DNA of 62,978 bases, the filler included, from an uncultured Synergistales bacterium (GTDB lineage: Bacteria; Synergistota; Synergistia; Synergistales; Aminobacteriaceae), in the NCBI GenBank assembly GCA_937897575.1. It is 6 parts of 6 records of this genome, joined end to end, with 100 filler letters (N's around TTAATTAATTAA, not from the genome) between each part and the next. Parts side by side here need not be neighbours in the genome. Positions count along the whole stretch, not along the records: positions 24,049 to 34,343 come from CALCQG010000053.1; positions 34,444 to 45,837 come from CALCQG010000054.1; 4 more parts are not named here. One strand, 5' to 3'. This document shows, piece after piece, positions 27,765 to 37,366 of the stretch. Both the position numbers and the translations under genes were made by a program. Every line of letters starts with the position of its first letter. Positions within the stretch are counted from its first letter, which is position 1. A model generated the notes under the pieces. The model saw only the letters and a program-made list of their open reading frames with translations. It made no database searches and was not told where the DNA came from.

Positions 27765-29265
27765 GACGAAAGGCGAGAAGAAGATGAAAAAATTGGAGAA
27801 CGTCGCTCTTCCTCAGGAGACGCATCCGACGCCGGTACACGAGAAGGCACAAGAACCTGCGCCTCTTCCTGTCCAAAAAAGGGCCGGCATCACGGACACG
27901 ACGCTGCGTGACGGCCATCAGTCCCTGATGGCCACGAGGATGCGCATCGAGGATATGACCCCCATCGCGGAGGCCATGGACGAGATAGGCTTCCACTCCA
28001 TGGAGGTGTGGGGCGGCGCGACTTTCGATACGTGCATGCGGTTTCTGGACGAGGACCCCTGGGAGCGCCTTCGCAAACTCCGGAAAATTTTCAAGAAGAC
28101 CAAGCTGCAGATGCTGCTCCGAGGGCAAAACGTGGTGGGGTACCGGCACTACGCCGACGACACGGTCCGCGAGTTCGTCAAACGGGCGGTCGGGAACGGC
28201 CTTGACATCATCCGTGTTTTCGACGCTTTGAACGACCTTCGCAACATGGAGGTGGCGGCGGACCAGATCAAAAAAGAGGGGGCCCACCTCCAAATGTCCT
28301 TCTCCTTCACCCTGTCGCCCGTCCACTCCCTCAAGGCCTTCGCGAAGCTCGCACGGGACATGAAATCCATGGGGGCGGACTCCATCTGCATCAAGGACAT
28401 GGCCGGGCTTATCAGCCCCGTGGAAACCGCCGCCCTGGTGCAGGCGGTCAAGAAGGAGACGGGCCTTCCGATCCAGATACACTCCCACTACACGAGCGGT
28501 ATGGCCTCCATGTCCTACTACGCGGGGCTGGAGGCGGGAGCCGATGTCGTTGACTGCGCCATGTCGCCCTTTGCCCTGGGCACGAGCCAGCCTCCCGTGG
28601 AGTCCATGGTCGCGGCGCTGAAGGGCGGTCCCATGGACACGGGGATCGAACTGGAAAAACTTGTTCCGATAGCGCAGCATTTCAAGACGATCCGGGAGAA
28701 GTACTCCGACATCTTCATCGATCTTGGCGGTGTGGACATCAACGTGCTCCTCTATCAGATCCCGGGAGGGATGTATTCCAACCTCGTGAGCCAGCTCAGG
28801 GAGCAGAACGCGCTGAACAAGCTGCCGGCGGTTCTGAAGGAGATCCCCCGGGTGCGCCAGGAGATGGGCTATCCGCCTCTCGTGACTCCGACCAGCCAGA
28901 TCGTCGGTACCCAGGCCACGCTGAACGTCCTCGTGGGCGAGCGATGGAAGGTCGTGCCGAAAGAGGTCCGGAGCTACTTCCTCGGGCAGTACGGCAAACC
29001 GCCCGCTGAGCTCGACCCGCAGGTACAGAAGAAGGTCATAGGGGATGAGACACCCATCACCTGCCGTCCGGCGGAGAACATCGCGCCGGAGCTCGAGGAC
29101 GCCCGCAAGGCGATCGGTCCCTGGGTCCTCCAACCCGAGGACGTGCTCACCTACGTCATGTTCCCGGCAGTGGCCAAGGACTTCCTTGTCAAGAAGTTCT
29201 CCCGGGAGACGATGATGGACGTTGGCGTCGACGAGCTCGTGGACGGCTCGGGATATCCGGTATAG
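27754..29265 (+). CDS. Pyruvate carboxylase subunit B / oxaloacetate decarboxylase alpha-type carboxyltransferase (no biotinyl domain)
   Basis: LRDGHQSLMATRM, WGGATFD, IKDMAG, HSH, PGGMYSN, GYPPLVTPTSQIVG. Confidence 0.9.
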   Translation: MSSETKGEKKMKKLENVALPQETHPTPVHEKAQEPAPLPVQKRAGITDTTLRDGHQSLMATRMRIEDMTPIAEAMDEIGFHSMEVWGGATFDTCMRFLDEDPWERLRKLRKIFKKTKLQMLLRGQNVVGYRHYADDTVREFVKRAVGNGLDIIRVFDALNDLRNMEVAADQIKKEGAHLQMSFSFTLSPVHSLKAFAKLARDMKSMGADSICIKDMAGLISPVETAALVQAVKKETGLPIQIHSHYTSGMASMSYYAGLEAGADVVDCAMSPFALGTSQPPVESMVAALKGGPMDTGIELEKLVPIAQHFKTIREKYSDIFIDLGGVDINVLLYQIPGGMYSNLVSQLREQNALNKLPAVLKEIPRVRQEMGYPPLVTPTSQIVGTQATLNVLVGERWKVVPKEVRSYFLGQYGKPPAELDPQVQKKVIGDETPITCRPAENIAPELEDARKAIGPWVLQPEDVLTYVMFPAVAKDFLVKKFSRETMMDVGVDELVDGSGYPV

Positions 29266-29288
29266 GGAGGCGGGCTGACAGCGGAACG

Positions 29289-30299
29289 ATGGATGACGAT
29301 GCGAGAGCCATTCTAGGCGAACCGGACAAGGGGTCCGATTGGATTGAATTCCACGACAGCGACACGATGTATCGCCTTGCGGGGCCCGACGACGAGAACC
29401 TCTCGGCGATCGAGGAGCGATACCCGGTCAGCCTCGTTGTCCGGGGCAACAAGCTCCGGGTCCAGGGACCCGACGACGATGTCGTCGCGATGGTCCACGG
29501 CCTGATAGGGCGTTTGCATACGGTCGCGAGGAACGGGTACCCTCTTCAGCTCGCCGACGTACGATACAGCATGGACATGATGGCCGAGAAAGGGGCGGTG
29601 GATCTCGCCCCCCTTTTCTCGGAGGTCATTGCGACGACCTCGAGGGGCAAACCCATCCGCGCCAAGACCGAGGGCCAGAAGAACTACCTGAAGGCCATCC
29701 GCGAGAATCATATCGTCTTCGCCATAGGCCCGGCGGGGACGGGAAAGACTTATCTCGCTGTCTGCCACGCCGTCGCGCTGCTGAAGGCCTCGGCCATCAG
29801 CAGAATCATCCTCGTTCGGCCGGCGGTGGAGGCGGGCGAGAGCCTGGGCTACCTCCCCGGGGATCTCCGCGAAAAGGTCGAGCCCTATGTCCGCCCGCTG
29901 TACGACGCCTTTTACGACCTTCTCTCGCCCGAGCGATTTCTGCGCTCTGTGGACAAGGGGGTCATCGAGATCGCCCCGCTTGCGTACATGAGAGGGCGAA
30001 CGCTGAACGACAGCTTCATCATCCTCGACGAGGCACAGAACACGACGCCCGAGCAGATGAAGATGTTTTTGACGCGCCTGGGCTTCGGGTCGAAGGCCGT
30101 CATAACGGGCGATGTCACCCAGGTCGACCTTCCGGCGGGCAAGCAGTCGGGCCTCAAACAGGTCCAGGAGATTCTCGGCGGCATACGGGGCATCGAGTTC
30201 TTTCATCTCTCCCATCTGGACGTGGTGCGCCACGAAATCGTCCAGGAGGTGGTGAGAGCCTATGAACGGTACGACCAACGCCACGAAGGGACGTCGTGA
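29289..30299 (+). CDS. phoH: PhoH-like ATPase
   Basis: GPAGTGKTYLA, RPAVEAGESLGYLPG, YMRGRTL, LDEAQN. Confidence 0.94.
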   Translation: MDDDARAILGEPDKGSDWIEFHDSDTMYRLAGPDDENLSAIEERYPVSLVVRGNKLRVQGPDDDVVAMVHGLIGRLHTVARNGYPLQLADVRYSMDMMAEKGAVDLAPLFSEVIATTSRGKPIRAKTEGQKNYLKAIRENHIVFAIGPAGTGKTYLAVCHAVALLKASAISRIILVRPAVEAGESLGYLPGDLREKVEPYVRPLYDAFYDLLSPERFLRSVDKGVIEIAPLAYMRGRTLNDSFIILDEAQNTTPEQMKMFLTRLGFGSKAVITGDVTQVDLPAGKQSGLKQVQEILGGIRGIEFFHLSHLDVVRHEIVQEVVRAYERYDQRHEGTS

Positions 30300-30300
30300 C

Positions 30301-32403
30301 GTGGAGGAACGACGGGGGGGGAGAGGGGGCTTCTTCGCCGATGTCGTCCATGGACGGCACCTGTTTCGAATCGGCGGAGTCCTCATCCTCATAGCGTTCG
30401 CCGTCCTCGTCGTCCTTTTGCAGTGGTTCATCGAGGACAGGGACAGCGGCTTTTTCCTCAACCAAACGTCGCCCAGGACCTACTTCGCCCTCACCCCCAT
30501 GCGGTACGTGGACGACGAGGGAACGAAGGCCCTCCGGACGCGGGTGGGAGACACGGTGGCCGGAGTGATCGTCCGCGATGGGACGGCAGTGGACAGGCTC
30601 ATCCTCAGGATCGAGGCCATGGTACAGGGCGATCTCAAGGGTCTCGCTCTCTCCCAGGGTCTCACGGAGCTCGTTCAGAACCTGCCGGAACCGGAGCGGA
30701 AAAAAATTCTCCAGGAGGCGGCCGCCCTGGGCAATGAGTTCCTCGAGTCATCGGAGTCCGGTGCCGATATCGGCACCCCCTCGTCCGAGGCGATCTGGAG
30801 GGCGATAGAACGTCGCTCCTTCCCCGTAGAGGACAACAACATCATCTATCAGATTCTGTCTGAAATCCTCCAACCTCTGACGAGAGTGGACGACGATCTG
30901 ACCGACGCCGTCCGCGATGACCTGCGGGACTCTCTGCAGCCCGTCGAGCGGACGGTGAACCCGGGAGACATCCTCGTGGAAAAGGGGCAGTACATCACAC
31001 CCCAGCTGGCGAGAGTCCTCAAGATGCAGGGCTATTCCCAGTCCGACTTCCCCTGGCGACAGATTCTGCTCGTCATCATCGCCATGCCCTTCTGGCCGGT
31101 CTGGGTGCTGATTCAGACAAGAGGAGTGCGGCTCGATACCGGTGAACACCGCCCGTGGCTCTATCTCTCCTTCATCGTCGGGTTCAGTTGGCTCGCCGAA
31201 TTTCTGTCGATGCTCGTGCACGCCGAGGGGATGGGGTCCCTGCTTCTGGCCGGTACGGCCTATCTGACTCTGCCACCCTCCCTTGCGCTGCAGATCGTCC
31301 TGGGTGGCAGTCTGATCGGCAGTCTGATCATCACCGGATTTTCCACGCTCCACGTGGTGCTCGTGGCGACCGTCGGCATCATCAGCGCCATCGCCGGGTT
31401 TTACTGGCTCAAAGACGTCAACTCGCGAACGACGCTCTGGAGGAAGCTCTTTTTGCTCGGGCTGATGCAGATGGCCGTGGTGATCGCGATACGCTGGGCC
31501 TTCGGGATCGCGCTGAATCCGCGAAGCGTGTTCTCGCTCTTTCTGACCAGCGCCGCGCTGAGCTCCGTCGTCATCGCCATCCTTCCCCTGCTGGAGACCG
31601 TCTTCGACGTGATCTCGCCGCTGCGCCTGATGGAGTTGAGCTCCCCCTCGCACCCTCTTCTCAAAAAACTCCAGATGGAGGCCCCAGGGACCTATCATCA
31701 CTCCCTGATGCTCGGCACCCTCGCCGAGAGCGTGGCAGACCGCATCGGGATGAATTCGGCCTTGGTCAAGGCCGGTGCGTACTACCACGACGTGGGGAAG
31801 CTCAGGAGGCCCCAGTTCTTCGTGGAAAACCAGTTGGGGGACGTGAATGTCCACGACGGGCTGAAGCCCTCCCTTTCGGCGCTCGTTATCATCGCCCACG
31901 TCCGCGAGGGCCTTGAACTGGCCGAGGAGTACCGGCTTCCCGGCGTGATCCGCCAGTTTATCGCCGAACATCACGGGACGACGAACCTGTCCTACTTTTA
32001 TCGGAAGGCGAAGAACATGGGACTGGGCGTCACGGCAGACCAGTTCTCCTATATCGGCCCCAAACCTCAGTCCAGGGAGACGGGGCTCCTCATGCTCGTC
32101 GACTCCATCGAGGCGGCGGTTCGGGCCGAGATGCGATCCTCCTCGTCCGTCACCGATATCATGAAGACCATAGAACGGGTCGTCGAGGGAAAAATATCAA
32201 GCGGGCAGCTCGACTCCGTCGATTTCACCCTGAAGGATCTCTCCATAATCCGGGAGACGCTGCTCCATACCTTCCAGTCGATGTATCACACCCGGAACGT
32301 CCGGGATATCAGGGATGTCAAACCCGCCCAAGAGGACGGCGGAGACGAAAAGGCCAGTATACAGGAGGAGAAGGTCCGTGACAGTGTACATTCATCTCGA
32401 TGA
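30301..32403 (+). CDS. pgpH: 7TM-HD phosphohydrolase (PgpH-like cyclic-di-AMP phosphodiesterase family)
   Basis: Extracellular domain, multiple TM helices, APGTYHHS, YYHDVGK, EHHGT, DSIEAAVR; phoH-x-ybeY synteny; start uncertain. Confidence 0.82.
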   Translation: MEERRGGRGGFFADVVHGRHLFRIGGVLILIAFAVLVVLLQWFIEDRDSGFFLNQTSPRTYFALTPMRYVDDEGTKALRTRVGDTVAGVIVRDGTAVDRLILRIEAMVQGDLKGLALSQGLTELVQNLPEPERKKILQEAAALGNEFLESSESGADIGTPSSEAIWRAIERRSFPVEDNNIIYQILSEILQPLTRVDDDLTDAVRDDLRDSLQPVERTVNPGDILVEKGQYITPQLARVLKMQGYSQSDFPWRQILLVIIAMPFWPVWVLIQTRGVRLDTGEHRPWLYLSFIVGFSWLAEFLSMLVHAEGMGSLLLAGTAYLTLPPSLALQIVLGGSLIGSLIITGFSTLHVVLVATVGIISAIAGFYWLKDVNSRTTLWRKLFLLGLMQMAVVIAIRWAFGIALNPRSVFSLFLTSAALSSVVIAILPLLETVFDVISPLRLMELSSPSHPLLKKLQMEAPGTYHHSLMLGTLAESVADRIGMNSALVKAGAYYHDVGKLRRPQFFVENQLGDVNVHDGLKPSLSALVIIAHVREGLELAEEYRLPGVIRQFIAEHHGTTNLSYFYRKAKNMGLGVTADQFSYIGPKPQSRETGLLMLVDSIEAAVRAEMRSSSSVTDIMKTIERVVEGKISSGQLDSVDFTLKDLSIIRETLLHTFQSMYHTRNVRDIRDVKPAQEDGGDEKASIQEEKVRDSVHSSR

Positions 32404-32920
32404 CGGTGACGGTGGCGACCCGGCAGCGGCCGCATCCGTCCGAAAGATCCTCGATGCGGCGTGCCGTTTGTTCGACGCCACGCTGAAGGAGGTGGGCGAC
32501 GCGGGACGTCTCCCTCCCGATGCGGAGATCTCGCTGTCCCTTCTCACGCCCGACGAGATGGAGGAGGAGAACGAAAAATACCGCGGAATTGCGGCACCGA
32601 CGGATGTGCTCTCTTTTCCGCTCTGGGAGGAGGACGGACGGTTCGTCGTCGCATCTCCTCTGCCCGTTCTGCCCTTGGGCGACATCCTCCTCTGCCCGGC
32701 CTACATACGGCAAAACGTTCAAGACCCCACCGACGAGGGGATGGCCCGCGAACTGGTCCTCATGGTGGTCCACGGCTTTCTTCACCTGATCGGATGGGAC
32801 CACTGCACCGACGAGGAGACGGCCCGGATGGCGTCGGAGCAGACACGCCTTCTGGACGCCCTCCTGGAATCGACCTCCCGAACCACGGGGGAGAGGCCGG
32901 CAGGTGAAGCGCGCTCATGA
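32378..32920 (+). CDS. ybeY: rRNA maturation endoribonuclease YbeY
   Basis: PTDVLSF, LGDI, HGFLHLIGWDH. Confidence 0.93.
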   Translation: MTVYIHLDDGDGGDPAAAASVRKILDAACRLFDATLKEVGDAGRLPPDAEISLSLLTPDEMEEENEKYRGIAAPTDVLSFPLWEEDGRFVVASPLPVLPLGDILLCPAYIRQNVQDPTDEGMARELVLMVVHGFLHLIGWDHCTDEETARMASEQTRLLDALLESTSRTTGERPAGEARS

Positions 32921-34218
32921 CCATCCTGTTTGCGAAGCATCTGATCGCCATCGTGCTCCTTTTGCTGCTCTCGGCCTTTTTCAGCGCCGCCGATACGGCT
33001 ATATCGTCCTCGGGCAAGGGGAAAATTCTCGCGCTCATCGAGAAGTACCCCTATAAGCGCAGCGCACTGAATTGGCTTCTTGCCGACGTGCAGAAAGTCC
33101 TCACGGTGCTCCTGCTGCTGAATACGCTGGTGAACATCGCGGCGGGGTCCGTCGCCGCCGCCCTTGCACTCTCCGTCTGGGGCGTGAAGGGGCTCGTCCT
33201 CTCCGTGCCCGTCATCGTGCTCGTGGTCGTCATATTCGGTGAAATCTTTCCGAAGAGCGTCGCCATGGTGAACGTGGAGACGACGCTTATTATCTCCCTG
33301 CCCTTTCTGCGCATCCTGAGCCTCCTCGCGACCCCCTTCGTCTGGTTCGCCCTCGCTGTCGTCCGCCTGCTGGGGCTCGTCTTCCGGACCGATATCAGCG
33401 TGCGCCACCCCTTCGTCACGCGCGAGGAGTTCGAGCACATGGTGAACATCGGGGGAGAGTCGGGGGCCCTGGAGGAGGTGGAGCAGCAGATGATCCACGG
33501 CATCATCTCCTTCGAGGAGACCCGGGTCTACGAGATCATGGTGCCGCGGACGGACATGAAGGCGGTGCCGTCGTCCCTCACCATATCGGACGCCATTCGC
33601 GTGTGTCAGGAAAACGGGCACTCCCGGGTCCCCGTCTACGGGGAGAACCTGGACGACATCCTGGGCATCCTGTACGTCAAGGACACCCTGTTCCACTTTA
33701 TCAACGGCGATATGACCAGGCCGGTGACGGAGGTCATGCGCGAACCGCTCTTCGTCCCCGAGAGCATGCGGGTTGTGGAGCTCTTCAATACGATGAAGGG
33801 GCGCCACGTCCATCTGGCCGTGGTTGTGGACGAATACGGCGGGGTCGCCGGGATCGTGACGCTCGAGGACCTGCTCGAGGAGATCGTCGGTGAAATCCAG
33901 GACGAGTACGACGAGGAGAAGCCGACCCTCCAGGCGCAGGAGGACGGAAGCTTCCTCGTCCAGGCGCAGATCGGACTCGAGGACCTCAGCGACCTCCTGG
34001 ACAGCCCCTTCGAGTCCGAGGATGCCGAGACCCTCGCCGGCCTCGTGCTCTCGCTCTCCGGCGATTTCCCCGCCCAGGGAGACCGCATCCTCTACGAACC
34101 CCGCGACGGAGGGCGGCGGTGGTCCATCGAGGTGCTCGAGGTGGAGGACCACCGGATCAAGCTCCTGCGCCTGCGGGAGTCCGGCTCCGAGTACAGCGCC
34201 TCGGGAGAGGGGGAGTGA
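32917..34218 (+). CDS. Hemolysin-family CNNM/CBS/CorC protein
   Basis: LSAFFSAA, IFGEIFPK, IMVPR, HSRVPV, VVDEYGG..TLEDLLEEIVGEIQDE. Confidence 0.9.
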   Translation: MTILFAKHLIAIVLLLLLSAFFSAADTAISSSGKGKILALIEKYPYKRSALNWLLADVQKVLTVLLLLNTLVNIAAGSVAAALALSVWGVKGLVLSVPVIVLVVVIFGEIFPKSVAMVNVETTLIISLPFLRILSLLATPFVWFALAVVRLLGLVFRTDISVRHPFVTREEFEHMVNIGGESGALEEVEQQMIHGIISFEETRVYEIMVPRTDMKAVPSSLTISDAIRVCQENGHSRVPVYGENLDDILGILYVKDTLFHFINGDMTRPVTEVMREPLFVPESMRVVELFNTMKGRHVHLAVVVDEYGGVAGIVTLEDLLEEIVGEIQDEYDEEKPTLQAQEDGSFLVQAQIGLEDLSDLLDSPFESEDAETLAGLVLSLSGDFPAQGDRILYEPRDGGRRWSIEVLEVEDHRIKLLRLRESGSEYSASGEGE

Positions 34219-34220
34219 GC

Positions 34221-34807
34221 GTGACCGCTCCGTTCTGTCCCTGGCCCTATGACCCGGCGCTGCTCAAACGTTGTGTCCGCGACGCCAGGGCAGCGAGAAA
34301 CCGGGCGTACGCCCCGTACTCGCGATTCTCCGTCGGGGCCGCANNNNNNNNNNNNNNNNNNNNNNNNNNNNNNNNNNNNNNNNNNNNTTAATTAATTAAN
34401 NNNNNNNNNNNNNNNNNNNNNNNNNNNNNNNNNNNNNNNNNNNCGAGGAGCTGGAGCGCGGGCCGCGGGGAGTCTCCGTCGGGGCCGCACTGCTTGTCGA
34501 TGACGGGCGGAGTGTCGTCGCCGGCTGCAATGTGGAGAACGCCTCCTTCGGGCTCTCGATCTGCGCCGAGCGAAACGCTGTTGGAGCCATGGTCGCCGAC
34601 GGATTCCGGCGCCCTCTGGCCATAGCCGTGGTGGGGGAGCCCGGGGTGCCCTGCTATCCCTGCGGAGCCTGCAGGCAGTATCTGGCGGAGTTCAACATCG
34701 ACCTGCTCGTCGTCGTCGAAGAGGGCGACGATCTTGCCGTGATCCCGCTGAGAACCCTTCTTCCGTTCCCGTTCCTCTTCGCAGGCGTGGAGACCGGACA
34801 TGAATAA
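34221..34807 (+). CDS. cdd: Cytidine deaminase, split by the contig linker
   Basis: AYAPYSRFSVGAA before the gap; VGAALL..GCNVENAS..ICAER..PCGACRQ after; 17-nt overlap TCTCCGTCGGGGCCGCA on both sides. Confidence 0.9.
34344..34443. other. Artificial contig linker
   Basis: N44-TTAATTAATTAA-N44. Confidence 0.98.
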
Positions 34808-35720
34808 GGCACCCTACCGGTGCGGCGTCGTCGCCGTCGCCGGCCGGCCCAATGTCGGGAAGTCGTGCCTCATGAACCGACTTCTCGAGTACAAGGTCTC
34901 CATCGTCTCGGACAAGCCTCAGACGACCCGGAACAGCATCCGGTGCATCTATACGGGGGAAGATTTTCAGGCCGTCTTTCTCGACACGCCGGGCATCCAC
35001 CTGCCGAAGCACAAGTTGGGCAGGGCGCTGATGGAGTCGGCGACCAAAGCGTTGAACGAGGCCGACCTGGTCTGCTACGTCGTCGAAATGGGGGACGGCG
35101 TCATCACCTCCGAGGACGAGGAGGTGATGCGCTTGCTCGGCGAAGCGGGCGCTCCCGTCCTTCTCGTGATGAACAAGGCGGATCTGGCGAAGAGAACGGA
35201 CGCTGAGAGGACGAGGATGCTCTACGGCGGAAAAATTCCGCTCCTCGGTGCAATTCCCGTCTCGGCCCGGACGGGTGAGGGCCTCGACGCCCTGTTGGCG
35301 GCCGTCCGCGATGCGCTGCCTGCAGGAGAGGCCGTGTACGACGACGAGATGATCGTCGACCGCCCGGAGAAGTTCATCGTCGCCGAGATTCTGCGAGAGA
35401 AGGTCCTCCTGCTGTCCCATCAGGAGGTGCCCCACAATGTGGCCGTTGAGATCGAGGAGTACAAAAGCCCCGACGAGTACCCCGAGAGGACCGCGCTCTT
35501 CGTGCGGGCGACGCTCTACGTGGAGCGGGAGGGGCAGAAGCGCATTCTCATCGGGCGGGAGGGCGCGAGGCTGAAGGAGATAGGCCGGCTGGCCCGCCTG
35601 GATGTGGAGGCCCTTACGGGGCACAAGGCCTTTCTCGATCTCTGGGTGAAGGTGCGCCCCGGGTGGCGCGAGTCGGAATCGGACCTTCGTCTGTTCGGGA
35701 TCAAGGAACGGACTTCATGA
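34800..35720 (+). CDS. era: GTPase Era
   Basis: GRPNVGKS, KPQTTR, DTPG, NKAD, KH domain, LWVKV. Confidence 0.96.
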   Translation: MNKAPYRCGVVAVAGRPNVGKSCLMNRLLEYKVSIVSDKPQTTRNSIRCIYTGEDFQAVFLDTPGIHLPKHKLGRALMESATKALNEADLVCYVVEMGDGVITSEDEEVMRLLGEAGAPVLLVMNKADLAKRTDAERTRMLYGGKIPLLGAIPVSARTGEGLDALLAAVRDALPAGEAVYDDEMIVDRPEKFIVAEILREKVLLLSHQEVPHNVAVEIEEYKSPDEYPERTALFVRATLYVEREGQKRILIGREGARLKEIGRLARLDVEALTGHKAFLDLWVKVRPGWRESESDLRLFGIKERTS

Positions 35721-36424
35721 ATGACTTCATCCCCCAAGGGTTGCTCCGACACTCCGGTGTTGTGCTGCGGCGGACATCCAGCCCGGAGGGGAACCTCTCC
35801 CTCTACCTGCTGCTCCGTACGGTCGGGCCCCAGTGGGTCTCGGCCCCCGGAGCGTCGCGAGGGCGAATGCGCTTCGGCGGCAGCGTCGAACCGCTCGTCT
35901 GGGGCAACTTCAACCTTTACAAAGGAACGAAGAGGCTCTATCTTAAATCCGTCGACGTCAGCGAGGACTTCTGGGCCCTCCGGAGAGATCCGGAGCGCCT
36001 GCGGATTCTCCTCGAGTGGGACCGGCTGCTCAGCCTCCATCTGGTGCCGGGGCACCCCTGCGATGATGTCCTCGCGATCTTCTACTGGTCGTCCATCCTC
36101 GTTCGACAGGGTGTGCACCCTCTTCTGGCGGAGTGGCGTTTTCTGTGGAAGTGGCTGAACGCCTGGGGGCTCGCTCCATCCCTCGAGCAGTGCGTTACCT
36201 GCGGAACGACCCTTGCGAACGGCCACTGGACGGCCACGGGGTTGCAGTGCGATCGGTGCGGCCGAGGTTCTTCCATCCCGGCGGACGTGCTTCGCCAATT
36301 CCGCATTGTGGCAGGGGCGCCGATCCGCGAACTGGAGGAGCGGTCGTCTGCCGCCGTTGAAGGGGAGGAGATCTGGCGCGACGGGTGCCGACGCCTGAAG
36401 ATGTTCCTCGAATATGTGCGATAA
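35717..36424 (+). CDS. recO: DNA repair protein RecO
   Basis: GVVLR N-terminus, CVTC..CDRC zinc finger; era-recO-glyQ synteny. Confidence 0.82.
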   Translation: MNDFIPQGLLRHSGVVLRRTSSPEGNLSLYLLLRTVGPQWVSAPGASRGRMRFGGSVEPLVWGNFNLYKGTKRLYLKSVDVSEDFWALRRDPERLRILLEWDRLLSLHLVPGHPCDDVLAIFYWSSILVRQGVHPLLAEWRFLWKWLNAWGLAPSLEQCVTCGTTLANGHWTATGLQCDRCGRGSSIPADVLRQFRIVAGAPIRELEERSSAAVEGEEIWRDGCRRLKMFLEYVR

Positions 36425-36467
36425 GGCCCCCTGGTGGGCCGAGGGTATAAAGGAGGAAGGGTAGGAC

Positions 36468-37361
36468 ATGAACTTTCAGGAGATCATCTTTCGTCTCGAG
36501 CGGTTCTGGGCCGAGCAGGGGTGTGTGGTGCAGCAGCCCTACGACGTAGAGGTGGGCGCGGGGACGATGAATCCAGCCACCTGTCTCCGGGTCCTCGGAC
36601 CGGAGCCATGGCGGGTCGCCTACGTGGAGCCCTCGCGGCGACCCACGGACGGTCGGTACGGAGAAAACCCCAACAGGCTGCAGCACTACTATCAGTATCA
36701 GGTCATCATCAAACCCGCTCCCGAGAACATTCTCGACCTCTATCTCCAAAGCCTGGCATCCCTGGGGATCGACCCGGCGGAGCACGACATCCGGTTCGTC
36801 GAGGACGACTGGGAGTCTCCCACCGTCGGGGCGTGGGGCCTGGGCTGGGAGGTGTGGCTCGACGGAATGGAGGTCACCCAGTTCACCTACTTCCAGCAGG
36901 TGGGCGGTATCGACATGGACCTTGTCCCCGCGGAGATAACCTACGGCATCGAGCGGATCGCCATGTTCGTCCAGAAGGTGGAGAGCGTCTACGATCTCCA
37001 GTGGGTGGGCGATATCCGGTACGGCGACGTCCATCACAAGGGCGAAGTGGAGTACTCCCACTACAACTTCGAGCTCGCCGACACGCAGATGCTCTTCCAG
37101 CTCTTCTCCATGTACGAGAACGAGGCCCGGCGCGTCCTCGAGAACGGCTATGTTCTGCCGGCCTACGACTACGTCCTGAAGTGCTCCCACACCTTCAACC
37201 TTCTGGATGCCAGGAACGCCATCAGCGTTACGGAGCGGACGGGCTACATCGGAAGAATACGGGCGCTGGCCGGGCGATGTGCGTCCGCCTATGCCGAACA
37301 GCGGCGTGCGATGGGGCTGCCCCTCGGCGGCAAGTTCCAGATGGACAGGGTGAAGAGGTGA
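36468..37361 (+). CDS. glyQ: Glycine-tRNA ligase alpha subunit
   Basis: [49 protein letters not shown]. Confidence 0.98.
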   Translation: MNFQEIIFRLERFWAEQGCVVQQPYDVEVGAGTMNPATCLRVLGPEPWRVAYVEPSRRPTDGRYGENPNRLQHYYQYQVIIKPAPENILDLYLQSLASLGIDPAEHDIRFVEDDWESPTVGAWGLGWEVWLDGMEVTQFTYFQQVGGIDMDLVPAEITYGIERIAMFVQKVESVYDLQWVGDIRYGDVHHKGEVEYSHYNFELADTQMLFQLFSMYENEARRVLENGYVLPAYDYVLKCSHTFNLLDARNAISVTERTGYIGRIRALAGRCASAYAEQRRAMGLPLGGKFQMDRVKR

Positions 37362-37366
37362 TCCCG

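Noticed and set aside
34327..34489. 17-nt direct repeat flanking the gap in cdd, resembling a target-site duplication
   Set aside because: Best explained as contig overlap plus ~29 nt of chimeric contig start; cdd reads contiguously when merged; no transposase or terminal repeat evidence
36434..37366. Apparent 1000-aa ORF suggesting an extended GlyS or a GlyQ-GlyS fusion
   Set aside because: The upstream part is an off-frame shadow of glyQ; GlyS homology starts at ATG 37367 after GAGGTG
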